From Octopus sinensis (lineage: Eukaryota): a stretch of 64,000 nucleotides of DNA. Below the pieces are notes generated by a model. The model saw only the letters and a program-made list of their open reading frames with translations, was not told the DNA's origin and made no database searches. This document shows, piece by piece, positions 13,560 through 26,218 of this stretch (its first letter is position 1; each line of letters begins with the position of its first letter). The stretch covers positions 104,966,001 to 105,030,000 of the forward strand of contig NC_043005.1 of assembly GCF_006345805.1 (NCBI RefSeq), read 5' to 3'. Both the position numbers and the translations under genes were made by a program.

Positions 13560-14340
13560 TGATGGAGAGAAAATAACTATAAATTACCAAATGCCCTCTT
13601 CCTCAAAAAACAATCCAGTAACTTAGTTGCCATCAATCTACAAACGCTAATACTTATATTCTACTACAAACATCTTGTTTCACCGGGTGAGTTTACATCT
13701 TATCAAAAAGATTACCGGAAAGGAAAAGCAGCTTTTGGTAAACAGGTTTATTGTAGGAAGTAAAAAAGGCGGAAAAGGGTTGGGCGCAAACCTTATCCTG
13801 ACATGGGTTAATTGTAGAAGAATAACTGTTGATTGCATACTATGCCCCATATATACTGAAGCCATTACATATGAATAAAGCTGCTCTAATATTCATGAGG
13901 TACATCAACGAAGCTGTGACAAAATAGGAAACAACAATATTAGAAGTTGGGAGGAAGTGGTTGTGTTTACTGCCTTCGCAGATCCTCAAATATCTCTAAG
14001 ATCCTCAAAGACATAAGTACAGGAGAAGCGTTGATTAAAAGCTGCTCTGTATCCACATGAAGGGGAATCGTTCAATTACACTACCCATCTCCTTGACTTT
14101 TACTGCTTCCCTCTGGCGCTATTAACTAAACTAATGAATAAAACAACCAACAATTATAAATACTAAGGACAGATCACATACCCTGTCTTTTATAAGGATG
14201 ACTTGTAACATGACTTAGAACAATTTTGAAATGGCAGAGTCGATAGGGTGTTGGGTAGAATGCTTCGTAAAATCTATTCCGATTCCTTGTGCTTTGAGTT
14301 CGGACCTTGCAAGTTACAAAAAGAAAAACACAAAAAAGGT
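13560..14340 (+). pseudogene. Decayed R4/Dong-clade non-LTR reverse transcriptase
   Basis: Ordered motifs: KNNPVT*LPSIYK (like KNYRPITCLPTIYK), KQLLVNRFI..NLILTWVN (like DQLLINKMI..NLSMAWID), LLTKLMNKT..ITYPVFYKDDL (like INHLFYMDDL), IYSDSLCFEFG (like FSDDIGMEFG). Confidence 0.7.
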
Positions 14341-14579
14341 ACTAATTCAGAGTGGTGAATTGGCGACACTGATTGTGGTGTGTATCCCAGTTCTTTGCGT
14401 TTTGATAGTAATGCTTGCTACGAGACTGGTGCTAGGATTTAACGACCAAAGTCGATGGCTTTTCCTTTTAACAGGCATCGGTAATATACATGAGCAACTG
14501 TGAGTATTCCTTAAAAGATCTTGACCAGCTCTACACCTACATATACAAATGCATGGTCATCCTTGACTACCGACGGACG

Positions 14580-14885
14580 TTTATTCAGCTGGAGCATCTG
14601 CCATCAATTGTTTAGCGATTCAAACAAGATATAAAAATGAATATGAGATCAGACAAATGTGAGAAAGCTACAATGGGAAGAGGCGAATTAACTGAAACTA
14701 AGAATATTAAATTTGACGCGAACATCGAAATCAGAGAATTAATAGCAGAGCCATCTCATAAAAATCCTGAAAAGGATGAAACTGATAGGATGCTATATAC
14801 AGAAATAAAAGAGAAAATTAGAAGAGTTCAGCAGATGTGTAATATCAAAACCGAAATCAGTGCTGGAAATAAGATAGCAGTATAA
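14580..14885 (+). pseudogene. Second R4/Dong-like RT fragment (end of RT and thumb)
   Basis: LEHLPSIV*RFKQDIKMNMRSDKCEKATMGRGELTETKNIKFD..EIREL..KEKIRR..KTEISAGNKIAV resembles FSDDIKMEFGLDKCAKAT..KEKIRKEY..KSELNAGNKI. Confidence 0.8.
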
Positions 14886-14904
14886 AGATGTTAGTTATCT
14901 CTGA

Positions 14905-16887
14905 AATAAATTGTAGCTTCAGCCCACGACATATCGGTGAGGTCCAAGGCGGGGAGAAACACACTGGCTGTGGTTTAGTTTTTTCTTTCTGTTGTTCTTT
15001 TTGTTGCAGGGGAGTGAGTTTATGTTGCTGTTATTGTTGACGATGATGTGGCAGCTCTTGAAGGCAGTGATTCTTTTGTTGTTGCTGATGCTGTTGCTGT
15101 TCCTGTTGAGCGAAGCGGTCTTCGTCCCAGAGTTCGCAAAATAGAAAGATCCGCAAAAGGGAAAGCAGGTCAACCCCCTACACCAAGAGCATCGACGGAT
15201 GGATGAATGCGCATCCAGGCTCAGCGGTTGCGTAGGAAGTCGGGGACAAGAAACAGGAAGAAAGAGCGAGAGAAAGTTGGGGCGAAAGAGTACGACAGGG
15301 GTCGCCACCACCCCCTCCCGGAGTCTCGTGGAGCTTTAGGTGTTTTCACTCAATAAAAACACACAAGGCCCGGTCTGTTGCTTATAACTAGTGTCGCTAT
15401 AGTTGCTTCGTTACTGTTTCTGCAGTCCTTCGCTGTCCTGGCCTGCTTAGCAAGATCTAATAAATGAATTACAACTGTAACCATTTGGGAAGGAAAATAC
15501 GGCAAACATTAGAATCTTCTAAAACACGTTCGGCTGCGGCACTTAGCAACAACAACACTAAATTATAATAATGATAATGGTATCAGGAATAACAATAATA
15601 AGGCCACAAAAAACATAGAGGACCAGACAAAAACAAAGGACTGTGGGGATTTACACAAACACGTATAAGCAATAGAAAAAAAAGCAAACTAGGAGTTTTG
15701 TCGTTAGCTTGGTTGTAGCAGTTTCTAGTTCTGCAGTTACTACCAATGTTAGTACTTGTGCCGCTGTTGTAATTGCAGCAGCTGTAGTTGTTTGTGTTGT
15801 TGCTACTATTGTGATAGGTACTGCTAGTCACCCTGTCATCGGGATGTTGCTGTTCTCCTCTCCTTCACTGCAGCTGCCGCTGTGGCCGCTTTTGTTGTAT
15901 GGGCTGCGATGCTGGAATTAGTGTGTATGGGGAGGGGGATCTCACTGGCTTTTATTTGCTGAGGACAGAAGGCCCTTAACTGTTTTTTTCAGCACTACAC
16001 AAATGACAGTATAGATTTCTGATCTCAAGTGCAACGCGCAGCTCCACTCCATTGAGTATGTTGATAAGATTTGAAGTCTTTTTCACATCCTCTGGTTTGA
16101 TCTGGAAGAGGAACTTCTCCTAAATGAAAACTCATCCACATTTCATTTTACGTCAAGTAATGTTCCGCTGCCCTCGATAACAACTCAGATTAGAACCACC
16201 TAAAATCAAGCCGAGGTGGAACTCGCTCTATCTGAACGTGGCAGGTCCTCCCAAATATATTGTATAAAGAATGAGTTCCCTATTGCGTATGGAAACCATG
16301 GAGGATTCCCATCCGCGAGGGTTTCGCTTCTGAAAAAGACCTCAACGTTCTCAAACTGCTTTGTCTTGGACACATATTCTCGGTCTGACCATATTCTCTT
16401 AGACGCAATTACTGCCAAAACCGCATTTGGGATTGCAAATTACAACTTGGTCTTCTCGCCCGTTAAGTTGTTCGTGTCATCCGTGCCTTCTTGATAAGGA
16501 AGAGTGAGGAGTATTTGGTTGGCTTAACCACCATACCATCAAAAGATTACTTGCCTCTGAGTCGCCTTGCAACTTACTTTGTAGTCATCTTCATCGTTGT
16601 TGTTTTTGTTGCTGCTGCTGCTATTGTTGTTGTTTAACTGCTGTTGACGCTGCTTTTGCTGCTGTTGCTGTTTTTGTTGTTGTTGTTGTTGTTGATGATG
16701 TTGTTAAGCAACAAGACGGGTAAGGGTGTTTAGGTGATGGTCTAGGGCTTAGGGGTGGGAGACCCCAGACCTTGGGGAAAAAAATGTGGTCGTCTTGTTG
16801 TAGTCAAGGGCTCTTCGTTGACGCCCGACACCACTGGGAGTTGGCCCTCGAAGTCGCTGGAAATGGAAATCTCCAGGTCCAAATTCT
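14905..16887 (-). mobile_element. Decayed 5' region / ORF1 (RRM-like plus zinc knuckle) of a LINE
   Basis: Minus strand: frameshifted PVCFS/LGPHRYVV (CCHC-knuckle-like) near 14930-14975; GRTCHVQIERVPP and FENVEVFFRSETLA (RRM-like) near 16220-16370; Q/N-rich linkers. Confidence 0.45.
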
Positions 16888-17397
16888 AGAACAGCTGCTG
16901 CTGTCGCTGGTTTTGATGTTGTCGCTATTGCAGCTGTTGATGCAGTTGTTGTTGCTACTGGTATTTTTGTAATAGGTCTTGTGATTCCTAATGTGAGTGT
17001 TAAGGTTGTCGTCTGTTTCTCCCTCACTGCTGCCACTTTTGGTCAAAGTAAGAAATCTTTGAGATGAGGCATGAGGGATTTTTGCTATTAGCCGTCTTCG
17101 TCAGAAGAATCATTTCCTCTCCTACCATTTCATGCAATGTAAAGGGCATGTGGTCTGGTTTTGTAATAGAATTAATCATTAAACTTTACGATATGGTATA
17201 AGTTTACAATATGGAAATTTTTATTGCAAGAAAAGCGCCTCCGAGGGTACACATTTACTGTCCTCGTCTTTCCACGTTGAAATAGAGATCTTTATTTAAC
17301 AAATATTTCCAGCAAAAACAACTAACCTTTTACGAGAATCCGACACAGAACAAAAACGACAACAACAGCAATAATAATCAGTGTTTGTATTATTACC

Positions 17398-17783
17398 TCA
17401 GGACCTGAACTTTTGAGGAAGGAAATAGTCGATTGCATTGACTTCTAATATTTGATTCTGGTACTTTCTTTTATCAACCTTCGAAGGGTGAAAGGGGACG
17501 TTTACCTCGATAGGTTTTGACTTTAGAACGTAAAGAGCCCGTGCAAACAAAATGCATTTCGTCCGAAGCCGTAAGAACGCCGCTTTATCCATTCTGTTAT
17601 AGGGACAAGGCCTGAAAGTTAATTAAATTGTCCCCAGTGCTCAACTGGTGTTTATTTTATCGAGTGCGAAACAATAAAGAGCAAAGACTACTTCGACAAA
17701 ATTTGAACTCAGAACATAAAGAGCAGACGAAATGCCGGGAGACATATTGTCCGGCGTGCTGTCGATTCCGCCAGCTCACTGCC
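17398..17783 (-). mobile_element. Two tandem SINE family 2 copies (17398-17592 and 17602-17783)
   Basis: Both reverse complements give head-GGACGAAATG/CCGGAC...TTCT(G/A)AGT(T)CAAA...AGTACCAG/ACACCAGTTGAG...TCAGGCCT/TCAGGTCCT. Confidence 0.7.
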
Positions 17784-18283
17784 TGAACAAAACGACAGTA
17801 ATAATAGTGATAATGCCGCAGCGATAACCTAATGATGAGCTCAGTAAATGTCTAGAATTTGAAACGTTGCCAAAAAATAAGTATAATAGAACACCACGAC
17901 CGCCACCACGACCACCACTCTCACCAGAAATACTGTCACCACTACTATTGACACCACCACCACCGCCAACACCACACGGAACAAGAAAAGATGAAGTAAA
18001 ACAGCAACAAGATAAGCTGAACATATTTCACAACACTCACACTAACATCATTAAATCGATTTCTCTTGCAAATATTTATTAATTTTTCTTTTAAATCAAT
18101 TAATATTAACTGTTTGGATTTACTGCGTTCACTTCATGCACGCACACACATACACACACAGACAAACATGAAAACACATATCAAGATACACAAACACACA
18201 CATACACACATACATACATATATGTGTTTGTGTGTAATCTACATTATATGTCTACATATATCGATATGCAAGCATGTATATAT

Positions 18284-18315
<32 letters not shown>

Positions 18316-18324
18316 CATATATAT

Positions 18325-18371
<47 letters not shown>

Positions 18372-18374
18372 CAC

Positions 18375-18429
<55 letters not shown>

Positions 18430-19021
18430 ATAAGTGCATAATTATACATACAAACACACATAAATATGTATATATGCACGCGTGCGCGTACACACTTACA
18501 CATATACACACACGCACACTTATATCCTTTATCTTCCCTTGCTTTTGTATCTGATAAGTCACCCTAAATGTCTTTATCTATATTGTTTGTTGTTGTTGTT
18601 TTCTATTGTCTCTCTCTCTCTCTTTCTCTGAAAATAAATGTTTCTGAGTTGATTTTAAAAGAACATTCGCCATTTTAGAAATTGTTGAAGATGTATGAAA
18701 AGTGTTTTTTGAAGAGTGAGACAATAGGGCAGACAGAGTAACTACGATAAGATCAGGCAAATGAAAAGAACTACCTTGGAATTTGTTCAGAAAAGAATTA
18801 TAACTATCAAAAGACTATTTAGAACAATGGTAAACGAAGGAATTAGAAAGCGAGATAGAAATCTTTGGCAGAATAAATGAAATCACAGAATTCAGCGAGG
18901 TACCTAATAATGTTGTTTCGTAAAGCAAATATAAGGAATATATTTTAGTGAACTAAATCTACAAACTGGTGAAATAAATAAACACATACACAGTCTGTCA
19001 CCTCACATAGGTGTGTGTCTT

Positions 19022-19066
<45 letters not shown>

Positions 19067-19371
19067 GTGCGTCTGTGAGTTTGTGTATACGCACACACAT
19101 AAATGTACACATATATACACATCTGTATACGTATTTATATACTAACATATATACATACATAGGTATATGTGCATATGTATATATACATATATATGCGTAT
19201 ATACATATGCATATATATATATATTATATATATGTATAGTTATATGTGTACATATATATATATAGCAGTATGTATATGTATCAATATATATATCATAGTC
19301 AATATATATATATATATATTGTATATATGTATATGCATATATATATATATATTATATATATATATATATTA

Positions 19372-19444
<73 letters not shown>

Positions 19445-20124
19445 ATATATATATACATATACAAATATATATATATTGTATATACATATATGAATATGTG
19501 TTTTGAAGTAGGTGTGTGCGTGTGTATGTATGTACGCATATTTTAAAAGTTTACAGCTTATTGTTTGTTTTCCTAAGTTTAGTGTTCATTTGTATATTTA
19601 AGTTTTTATTTATTTAAGTTTTTTTCTGTTGATAACGAACGGTAGGATTTGATTAAAATGTCAGGTAAAATAGACTCTGTTGATATTGTTGTTGCAAATT
19701 TAGTTGATTTTTTTTCTCTCACTCTTTTTTATGTGTTTATCTTCAAAACAAAAGAGTTCCAAATGAAATAACGGGAAAAGAGAATCAAAAGAAACAAATA
19801 GAAAGCTAGAATAGCTGCTTCATAGGAGCAAAGGGTGGGAGCTGGTTACTGCATTAGTTAGGGGCGAGAGTTGGAAGGATATGAACGTAATGAGTGTTGG
19901 TAGTCGCGATGGGTGTAATGATTGATTGGGATACTGCTGTTGTTGCTGGTATTGTTGTTGTTGTTGTTGTTGTTGTCGTCATTGATGATATTCATGATGA
20001 TGGTGAAGAAGATGATGATGATGATGGTGGTGGTGATGGTGGTGGTGATCACGAAGATGATGAGGAGAATGTTGATGGCGCTGAGGACCATAGTGGTGAT
20101 GATGATAATCATTATGATGATGTC

Positions 20125-20159
<35 letters not shown>

Positions 20160-20161
<2 letters not shown>

Positions 20162-20585
20162 GAGTGAGAGAGCAGTGCATGCCATCAATGTGACACTGGG
20201 GTACAATTATACGAAGCCCAATATACCCATCATGACTACCCGTCTGATAAGGGTACACCAGGCACGTGCATCACAACCTTATGTCCGCGACATGGTGATC
20301 TCATATCAAGATAAACAGCGATTGACCTTACAGGTGGGACCCAATTATAATTTTTTTCGGGTCAAGTAGCCCATCCCGCTCAAAAGGTCCCTGAATAAGG
20401 ATTGTTTAAGGATGATAAACAAAACACACATGTTCCCAAAGGTGAATTATACAAACACCAAAGAATTCCTTTCAACATATCACTATGATGCCCTCTCACC
20501 ACTTCTGCTCGTGATCAGAGACGTAGATATCCTCAGCCACTAAGGGACATGGTCAATTTGTTATGGTCAAGCCACTGACAAGCAA
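20160..20585 (-). mobile_element. 3' fragment of an interspersed retroposon family with an (AAT)n tail
   Basis: TTGAGTGAGAGAGCAGTGCATGCCATCAA..GTGACACTGGGGTA...CATGACTACCCGTCT... is closely similar to 36662; (TAT)n run on its left. Confidence 0.75.
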
Positions 20586-20869
20586 ATACGTGATACTGAG
20601 CAGGATATTTGCAGTTCGATTTGAGGATGAAGAACGCAAGATTCACAAAGTTCTTCCTCAGGGGAAGACGTCATTGCTTACTCCAATATACAGAGCTTAT
20701 CGTATTATATGTCAGAGAGTGTTAAGTTGGACTCGTTCCATTTCTATAATACATAGTATTTTCTTGAATGGTATGTAAGTGTGTCAGTCTGATCCACTTC
20801 TATATTCTTATGATATATCGTAGTGTGACAATCTTGGCGTGTGTCATATGTATACGATATAGCATTGAA

Positions 20870-21235
20870 TGAACATGTACAGCGGTGGTGAGTATTACAC
20901 TAGGAAGTGTGGGAGTAGACACGTACAATGTGGTCAGCAACATTCTAGAGAATAATGGGTGGACATATTAGAGAAGGGACAGGCTGGAATGGTAGCCAGT
21001 GGGTCAGTAGGGATTATTGGAGTGGACACGTACAATAATGATCAATGAGGTCGGTAGGGAGTATTTGAGTGGGCCTGTACAATAGCGGTGAGTAAAATAT
21101 TAGAGAGTTCTGAAGTGGACATTTATATTAGGGGTTATGGAGACATTAGATAGTGGCACGGTGTAATAGTGGGGAGTAGGTCATAGTACAAGAGTGGTCA
21201 GTAAGACATTAGAATGTACTGGACATGTACAATTT
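20870..21235. repeat. Degenerate purine-rich minisatellite, unit about 35-40 bp
   Basis: Recurrent GAGT(A/G)GACACGTACAAT...GTGGTCAGTA...TATTA motifs, roughly 8-9 units. Confidence 0.65.
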
Positions 21236-21273
21236 TTAAATTCATCTGCATTAAACATCATTTTGTAATTTCA

Positions 21274-21718
21274 GACTGATTGTAATCTATTAAGAAATTA
21301 CCATTGAAATACGTTTCTCTCTTTTATGCCGCCAGCATCTTCACACTAACACTAGCGATATAAACAACACTATAACACCACCATCACTACCACCACCATC
21401 GTCGCCACCACTACCAACAACACCAGCAACACCAGCGCCACGTCAACCAAGTCTCCCATGACAATAATAATGAATTATTTTCATTTAAATAAATTCATTA
21501 TATAAAAAAATATTATTGGATGGAAAATGTCACGATTTCACGTGACCTCGTTTCAAGTTTTTATGAAGCTTCTCGTGGCGATGATGACGATAAGGATATT
21601 TCTGTTGAGGACATATTGTTGATGTTGATGTTGATGTTTCTGGGTTTATTTTGGATGTTACGGCATAAAAGAGAGAAACATAATCCAATGGTAATTTCTT
21701 AATAGATTACAATCAGTC
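21274..21718. repeat. 445-bp segment bounded by 58-bp inverted repeats
   Basis: 21274-21331 versus the reverse complement of 21661-21718: 55/58 identical. Confidence 0.85.
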
Positions 21719-21983
21719 ATATTGTTGATGTTGTTGTCAATAGGATTGCAGTTGGCAGGTGTAGTATGGATAATGATTGTACTGGTCAAGATGTTGTAGT
21801 TGTTGTTATTATTGAATGTGGCAGTGGTGATTATAGTGGTGATTGGGTCGGTGGTTGTAGTGGTGTCATCAGTGTAGTGGTGGTAGTGGTCACGGCTATA
21901 GTTATAGGTACGTGTAGTGTTGGTACCGGGGAAATGACAGTGGCGGAGGTATCTGTAGTAGCAGCAACAGCAGTAGCCGTCCA

Positions 21984-22187
21984 AGAATTTGGACCTGGAG
22001 ATCACCAATTCCAGTGACTTCGAGGGCCACCTCCCAGTGGTGTCAGGTGTCAACGAAGAGCCCTCGACTACAACAAGATGACCAAAGGTTTTTGTTTCTT
22101 TTTGGGTTTTTTCCAAGGTCTGGGGTCTCCCGCCCCAAGCCCTAAACCATCACCTAATCACCCTTACCCGTCTTGCTGCTTAACAAC
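21984..22187 (+). mobile_element. Isolated inverted copy of the LINE 5' segment at 16704-16887
   Basis: Reverse complement aligns to 16704-16887 at roughly 85-90% outside one A-rich indel. Confidence 0.85.
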
Positions 22188-22202
22188 AACAGCAACAGCA
22201 GC

Positions 22203-22204
<2 letters not shown>

Positions 22205-22262
<58 letters not shown>

Positions 22263-22275
22263 GGTGGTGGTGGTG
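22205..22275. repeat. (GTA)n-(GTG)n trinucleotide run
   Basis: Read directly. Confidence 0.95.
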
Positions 22276-22389
22276 GTGCTTTTAGTGATGATGTTAGTAG
22301 AAGCGGTAGAAGTAATAGGTGGTTGCATTGACAGTTTTGTAATGAAAATAATAGCTGACATTACATGTTAATATCGTTAGGTGTCACTA

Positions 22390-22595
22390 GGGTAGTAAAA
22401 TGGCTGAATCATTACAGTTTCGGACAACCGACGGCCAATTACGTTTTGAGTTCAAATTCTTCCGAGGACAACGTCACCTTTTATCCTTTCTGAGTCAATG
22501 AAATAAAATATTGGTCAAATACTAAAACTGGCGTGATCGTCTCGGTCGTTACCCCAGGTATGAATGAGGCCTTGTGCTTTTGCAGGAAACCACTT
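22390..22595 (+). mobile_element. Degenerate SINE family 2 copy
   Basis: TTTTGAGTTCAAATTCTTCCGAGG...CTTTTATCCTTTCTGAGTCAATGAAAT...GAGGCCTTGTGC. Confidence 0.55.
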
Positions 22596-23183
22596 TCATG
22601 GATGCTTCTGAGAAAGTCGTACGTTTACTTTAACTCTAAAAATCAGAGAACCGGGAAGGATTCATAGCAATAGTCACCGAAAATGGATGCTTGGAAAGTG
22701 ACAGGTATATATACTATTGAGAATTTGGCTCTTGCTGAGGAATTTGTAATATCATGCTATTCCGCCTTTTTGAAGTTGACGAAAGTTCTATTCCATCTTG
22801 AGCCAATTCATTTCACGTCTCGTACAATCGGTAAGTGGTAGTAGTTCAATAACTTGGAGAAGAACGGATTTTTATGGGTTGATCTCATATATTCTTGCCG
22901 TGTTTTGTTCATGGAAGTATTGGTCTGTGACTAAAGACACATTAAAGCCTATAAGATCCTTTAAAATTAGTAAAGAGAAACATTTGTGAAGAAGTAAGTC
23001 CTGTAAGATGAACGCTATTGAAATGAAGGTTTATCTTTATTTCAAAAGGTTTACCTTGAAGAATGAGAATGAGTTTAGTCAAAATGGTAAAAAATAAAAA
23101 AGGAAAAAAAAAGGAAAGAGAGAGAGAAAAGAATAAATGTGTGGAAGGAGAGGGGTAGATGGAAACTTGCAATGAATGGACTC

Positions 23184-23228
<45 letters not shown>

Positions 23229-23244
23229 ACACACACATATGGGA

Positions 23245-23383
23245 TGGGCCTCTTTCAGTTTCTGTCTACTACATCCACTTACAAGGCTTTACTCGGCCCG
23301 AGGTTATAGTAAAAGACACTTGGCCAATGTATCACGCAGTGGAACTGAACCTGGAACCAAGTGGTTGGGAAGCAAACTTCTTA
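23245..23383 (-). mobile_element. SINE family 1, 5' half
   Basis: TTTCAGTTTCTGTCTAC...GGCCCGAGGTTATAGTAAAAGACACTTGGCCAA...ACTGAACCTGGAACC. Confidence 0.75.
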
Positions 23384-23484
23384 AATTAATCCAGATGATC
23401 AGAAGTTTGGATTCAATACCGGATCATCCACATACAATAGTTCTTGTCAATACCTCTATGAAACTGTAAAAAAAAGCATTAATA

Positions 23485-23704
23485 AAAGTAATCCCTCACC
23501 ATATCGCGGGCAAGGTATTGCGGTTCATTAAAGCTTACGTCGATTCACGTGTGGTGTTGTTTTGCATTTATAATAAAATAAATATATACAAATTATAAAA
23601 GTAATAAAAAAGAAATACAGTACAGTACTGTTTCCACTTCGCGGATTTTCACCTATCTCGGAGGGTTTTGGAACGTAACACCCGCGATAGTCGAGGGTTT
23701 ACTG
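23485..23704. mobile_element. pogo/Tigger-type MITE (~220 bp)
   Basis: TIRs (A)AGTAATCCCTCACCATATCGCGGG / CCCGCGATAGTCGAGGGTTTACTG followed by TA; internal TTCGCGGATTTTCACCTATC. Confidence 0.7.
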
Positions 23705-24374
23705 TAATCAATGAATTGGTTGATAACTGTTATCAAATCATTAAACCATGGAATATCTAGTCAAACCGAAATACGTTTTTTGTTATTGTGAGGGGGGCAA
23801 ACGTAGTGTCCATTGGTGGTCTTTGACAAAGTTGGGAGGAAGAGAGAATTTATAATAAAACCTAAGACATGACTCGAATGATAGTAACAGAATGGAGTGT
23901 ACTAAAATCACCTGACGGTCAGGTGATGCTTTTGAACCGGTTGACCGATTAAGTTTATGACACTCAAAACAACAATGATTCCTAACATGGTCTTCTCCAG
24001 ATTCCATCTGGCAATTTTTATTCAGGTACTGGTTAACCCCATGCGAAGAGAGAAAACACCTGCTCAATGTGCCGCGCAGAGAGGCTTGAAAGAGTAGCTG
24101 TGCAGGAGTTGTGAAGCAAATTTCTCAAAGATACAGCCCTGCCTGCGGCCATGTACGTGTTTGGACCATGTAGGAGATAGAACGAAGTGAAAATTTTCTT
24201 TCTTAAGCCCTAATTACACTTCTTGTTAATTCGATAGCATATCTCATTTATCGAATCACTTAACAATCGATGTGTCACATGACATGACATTTCAGTAAAT
24301 ATTACATTGCTCATAAATTTTCGCTGACAAAATTATATACTTCCTGCACATAATTCAGAAGTACTATACTGGGG

Positions 24375-24418
24375 GTAATGAACCGGAAGTAATGAACCGG
24401 AAGTAATGCACCGGAAGT
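24375..24418 (+). promoter_or_regulatory. Three tandem 14-bp units, each containing the ETS consensus ACCGGAAGT
   Basis: ACCGGAAGT at 24382, 24396 and 24410; regulatory function is unproven. Confidence 0.45.
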
Positions 24419-25438
24419 GATTATTCACGAAGATATAACATTCTAATGTACTACAAATCTAATTCTTATGAACAAGTCCTTCTTTAACTATAAAGTAGTT
24501 TGGAACTCGTTTAAAAAATTGAAAGTAAAGAAAAACGAATGCATAAAAAAATAAGCGATAGACATACGGACATACAGACATATATGTATATATGTGTGCA
24601 CCTCCATGTGTGTGTGTGTATATATATATGTGTGTGTGCGTGTGTGTGTGTGTGTATGTATGTATGTATATACACATATATACTGACATATTTAAATATG
24701 TGTTCACGTGTGCATAATGTCGACGCACGTTTGTGCTAAATGTGTGTTTGTTTGTTCGTGTGTGTGTGTGTGTGCGTGTGTGTGCGTGCGTGCATGCGCG
24801 CGCGTGTGCATGCGCTTGCATCCAATTGTCAGTGCATGTGCGAATGATTGTCAATCGTGTCTAAACGTTTGCGAAATGTATGCATGAGTGCCGAGGACTT
24901 TCGTTAACATGCATTATACATGCACATATATATGCCAAATATATGCATGTGTCTGTGTGCCTGTGCGTATGTATATAGCTGAGTATATAGAGCGCTGTGT
25001 GTTCGTGTGCACTAATTTCATTAATAACTAGTTACACACAATCGAGATGTCTCCCTCAATTTAGAAATCTATTGCTTTAGACTTCATTCGCTCTTAAATA
25101 CAAAAACAAAATCTGTCAAAGTCATACGGTTAAACACTACATTTCACAAAGACATCCTTAGTTTTGTCTTTCGTCCAATTTCTTTTCTTTTTTTTGTACA
25201 GTTGCTTTTGTTCCTACCAATTATCTTTGTCTGTTTCGTAAACCAACCGGTGGTTCCAAGAATCGAACGTCAACCTATTTCATGAACGCAATTTATAACA
25301 GAATAACCAAGCATGACATGGTTTAAGAATGATGCAGTTGTGGGCCAATTCAAAGCTTCGACAAAATTTAATGTTTCAGTTTTGACAAGCTTAAGTCTTC
25401 CTTGTCAATTTGCAAACTTGGTGTTTTAATATTTTTAC

Positions 25439-25439
<1 letters not shown>

Positions 25440-25503
<64 letters not shown>

Positions 25504-25655
25504 CATTATATTTATTATTGCTATTATTATTATTATTATTATTATTGTTATTATTATTATTATTATTATTATTAGTATTATTGATATTATCATAAATATG
25601 ATTATCATCATCATCATCATCACCATTATTATTGTTATTGTTGTTGTTTCTGTCG
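25440..25655. repeat. (ATT)n/(ATC)n trinucleotide array; similar arrays at 27340-27700, 27838-28070, 37228-37400, 47160-47295
   Basis: Read directly. Confidence 0.97.
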
Positions 25656-26141
25656 ATGTTGATGTTATGGCGGCTGTTATACACCCTCATTTCATTAAAA
25701 AAAATATTTTTTAGAGTTCTTTAAACAGCTTTCAGTATTTTTGATGTGTGTGAGTGTATGTATATGTATGCGTGTGTATGGGTGTGTGTATGTGTGTGTG
25801 TGTGTTTGTTCCAATGCATGTGTTTTGTATTTTGAAACAAATAAATAGTTATTAACAATGAAATCCTCAATAGAGGAATGTTTATGCTGGTTTGTATTGT
25901 CTATGTTAGAAATGCACAACCATATATACATGCATATAATACACATACACAGAAACACGTAGATATGTATAGACACACACACACAGAGGCACACACACAG
26001 GCATACACGCACTCATACATATATATATATCACATATATGTGCATATATATATTTATGCGTATATACATCTATACGTATTATAATATATATATATGTATA
26101 TATATATGCATATGAATGTGTCTTTGTGTGTATATATATAA

Positions 26142-26218
<77 letters not shown>

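Noticed and set aside
16730-16760. Interstitial telomeric repeat (TAGGG-like)
   Set aside because: Only scattered imperfect hexamers within a LINE segment; no (TTAGGG)n array.
23760-24200. GC-balanced stretch that might be an exon
   Set aside because: All frames are interrupted or unrecognisable and no donor/acceptor pair gives an open exon.
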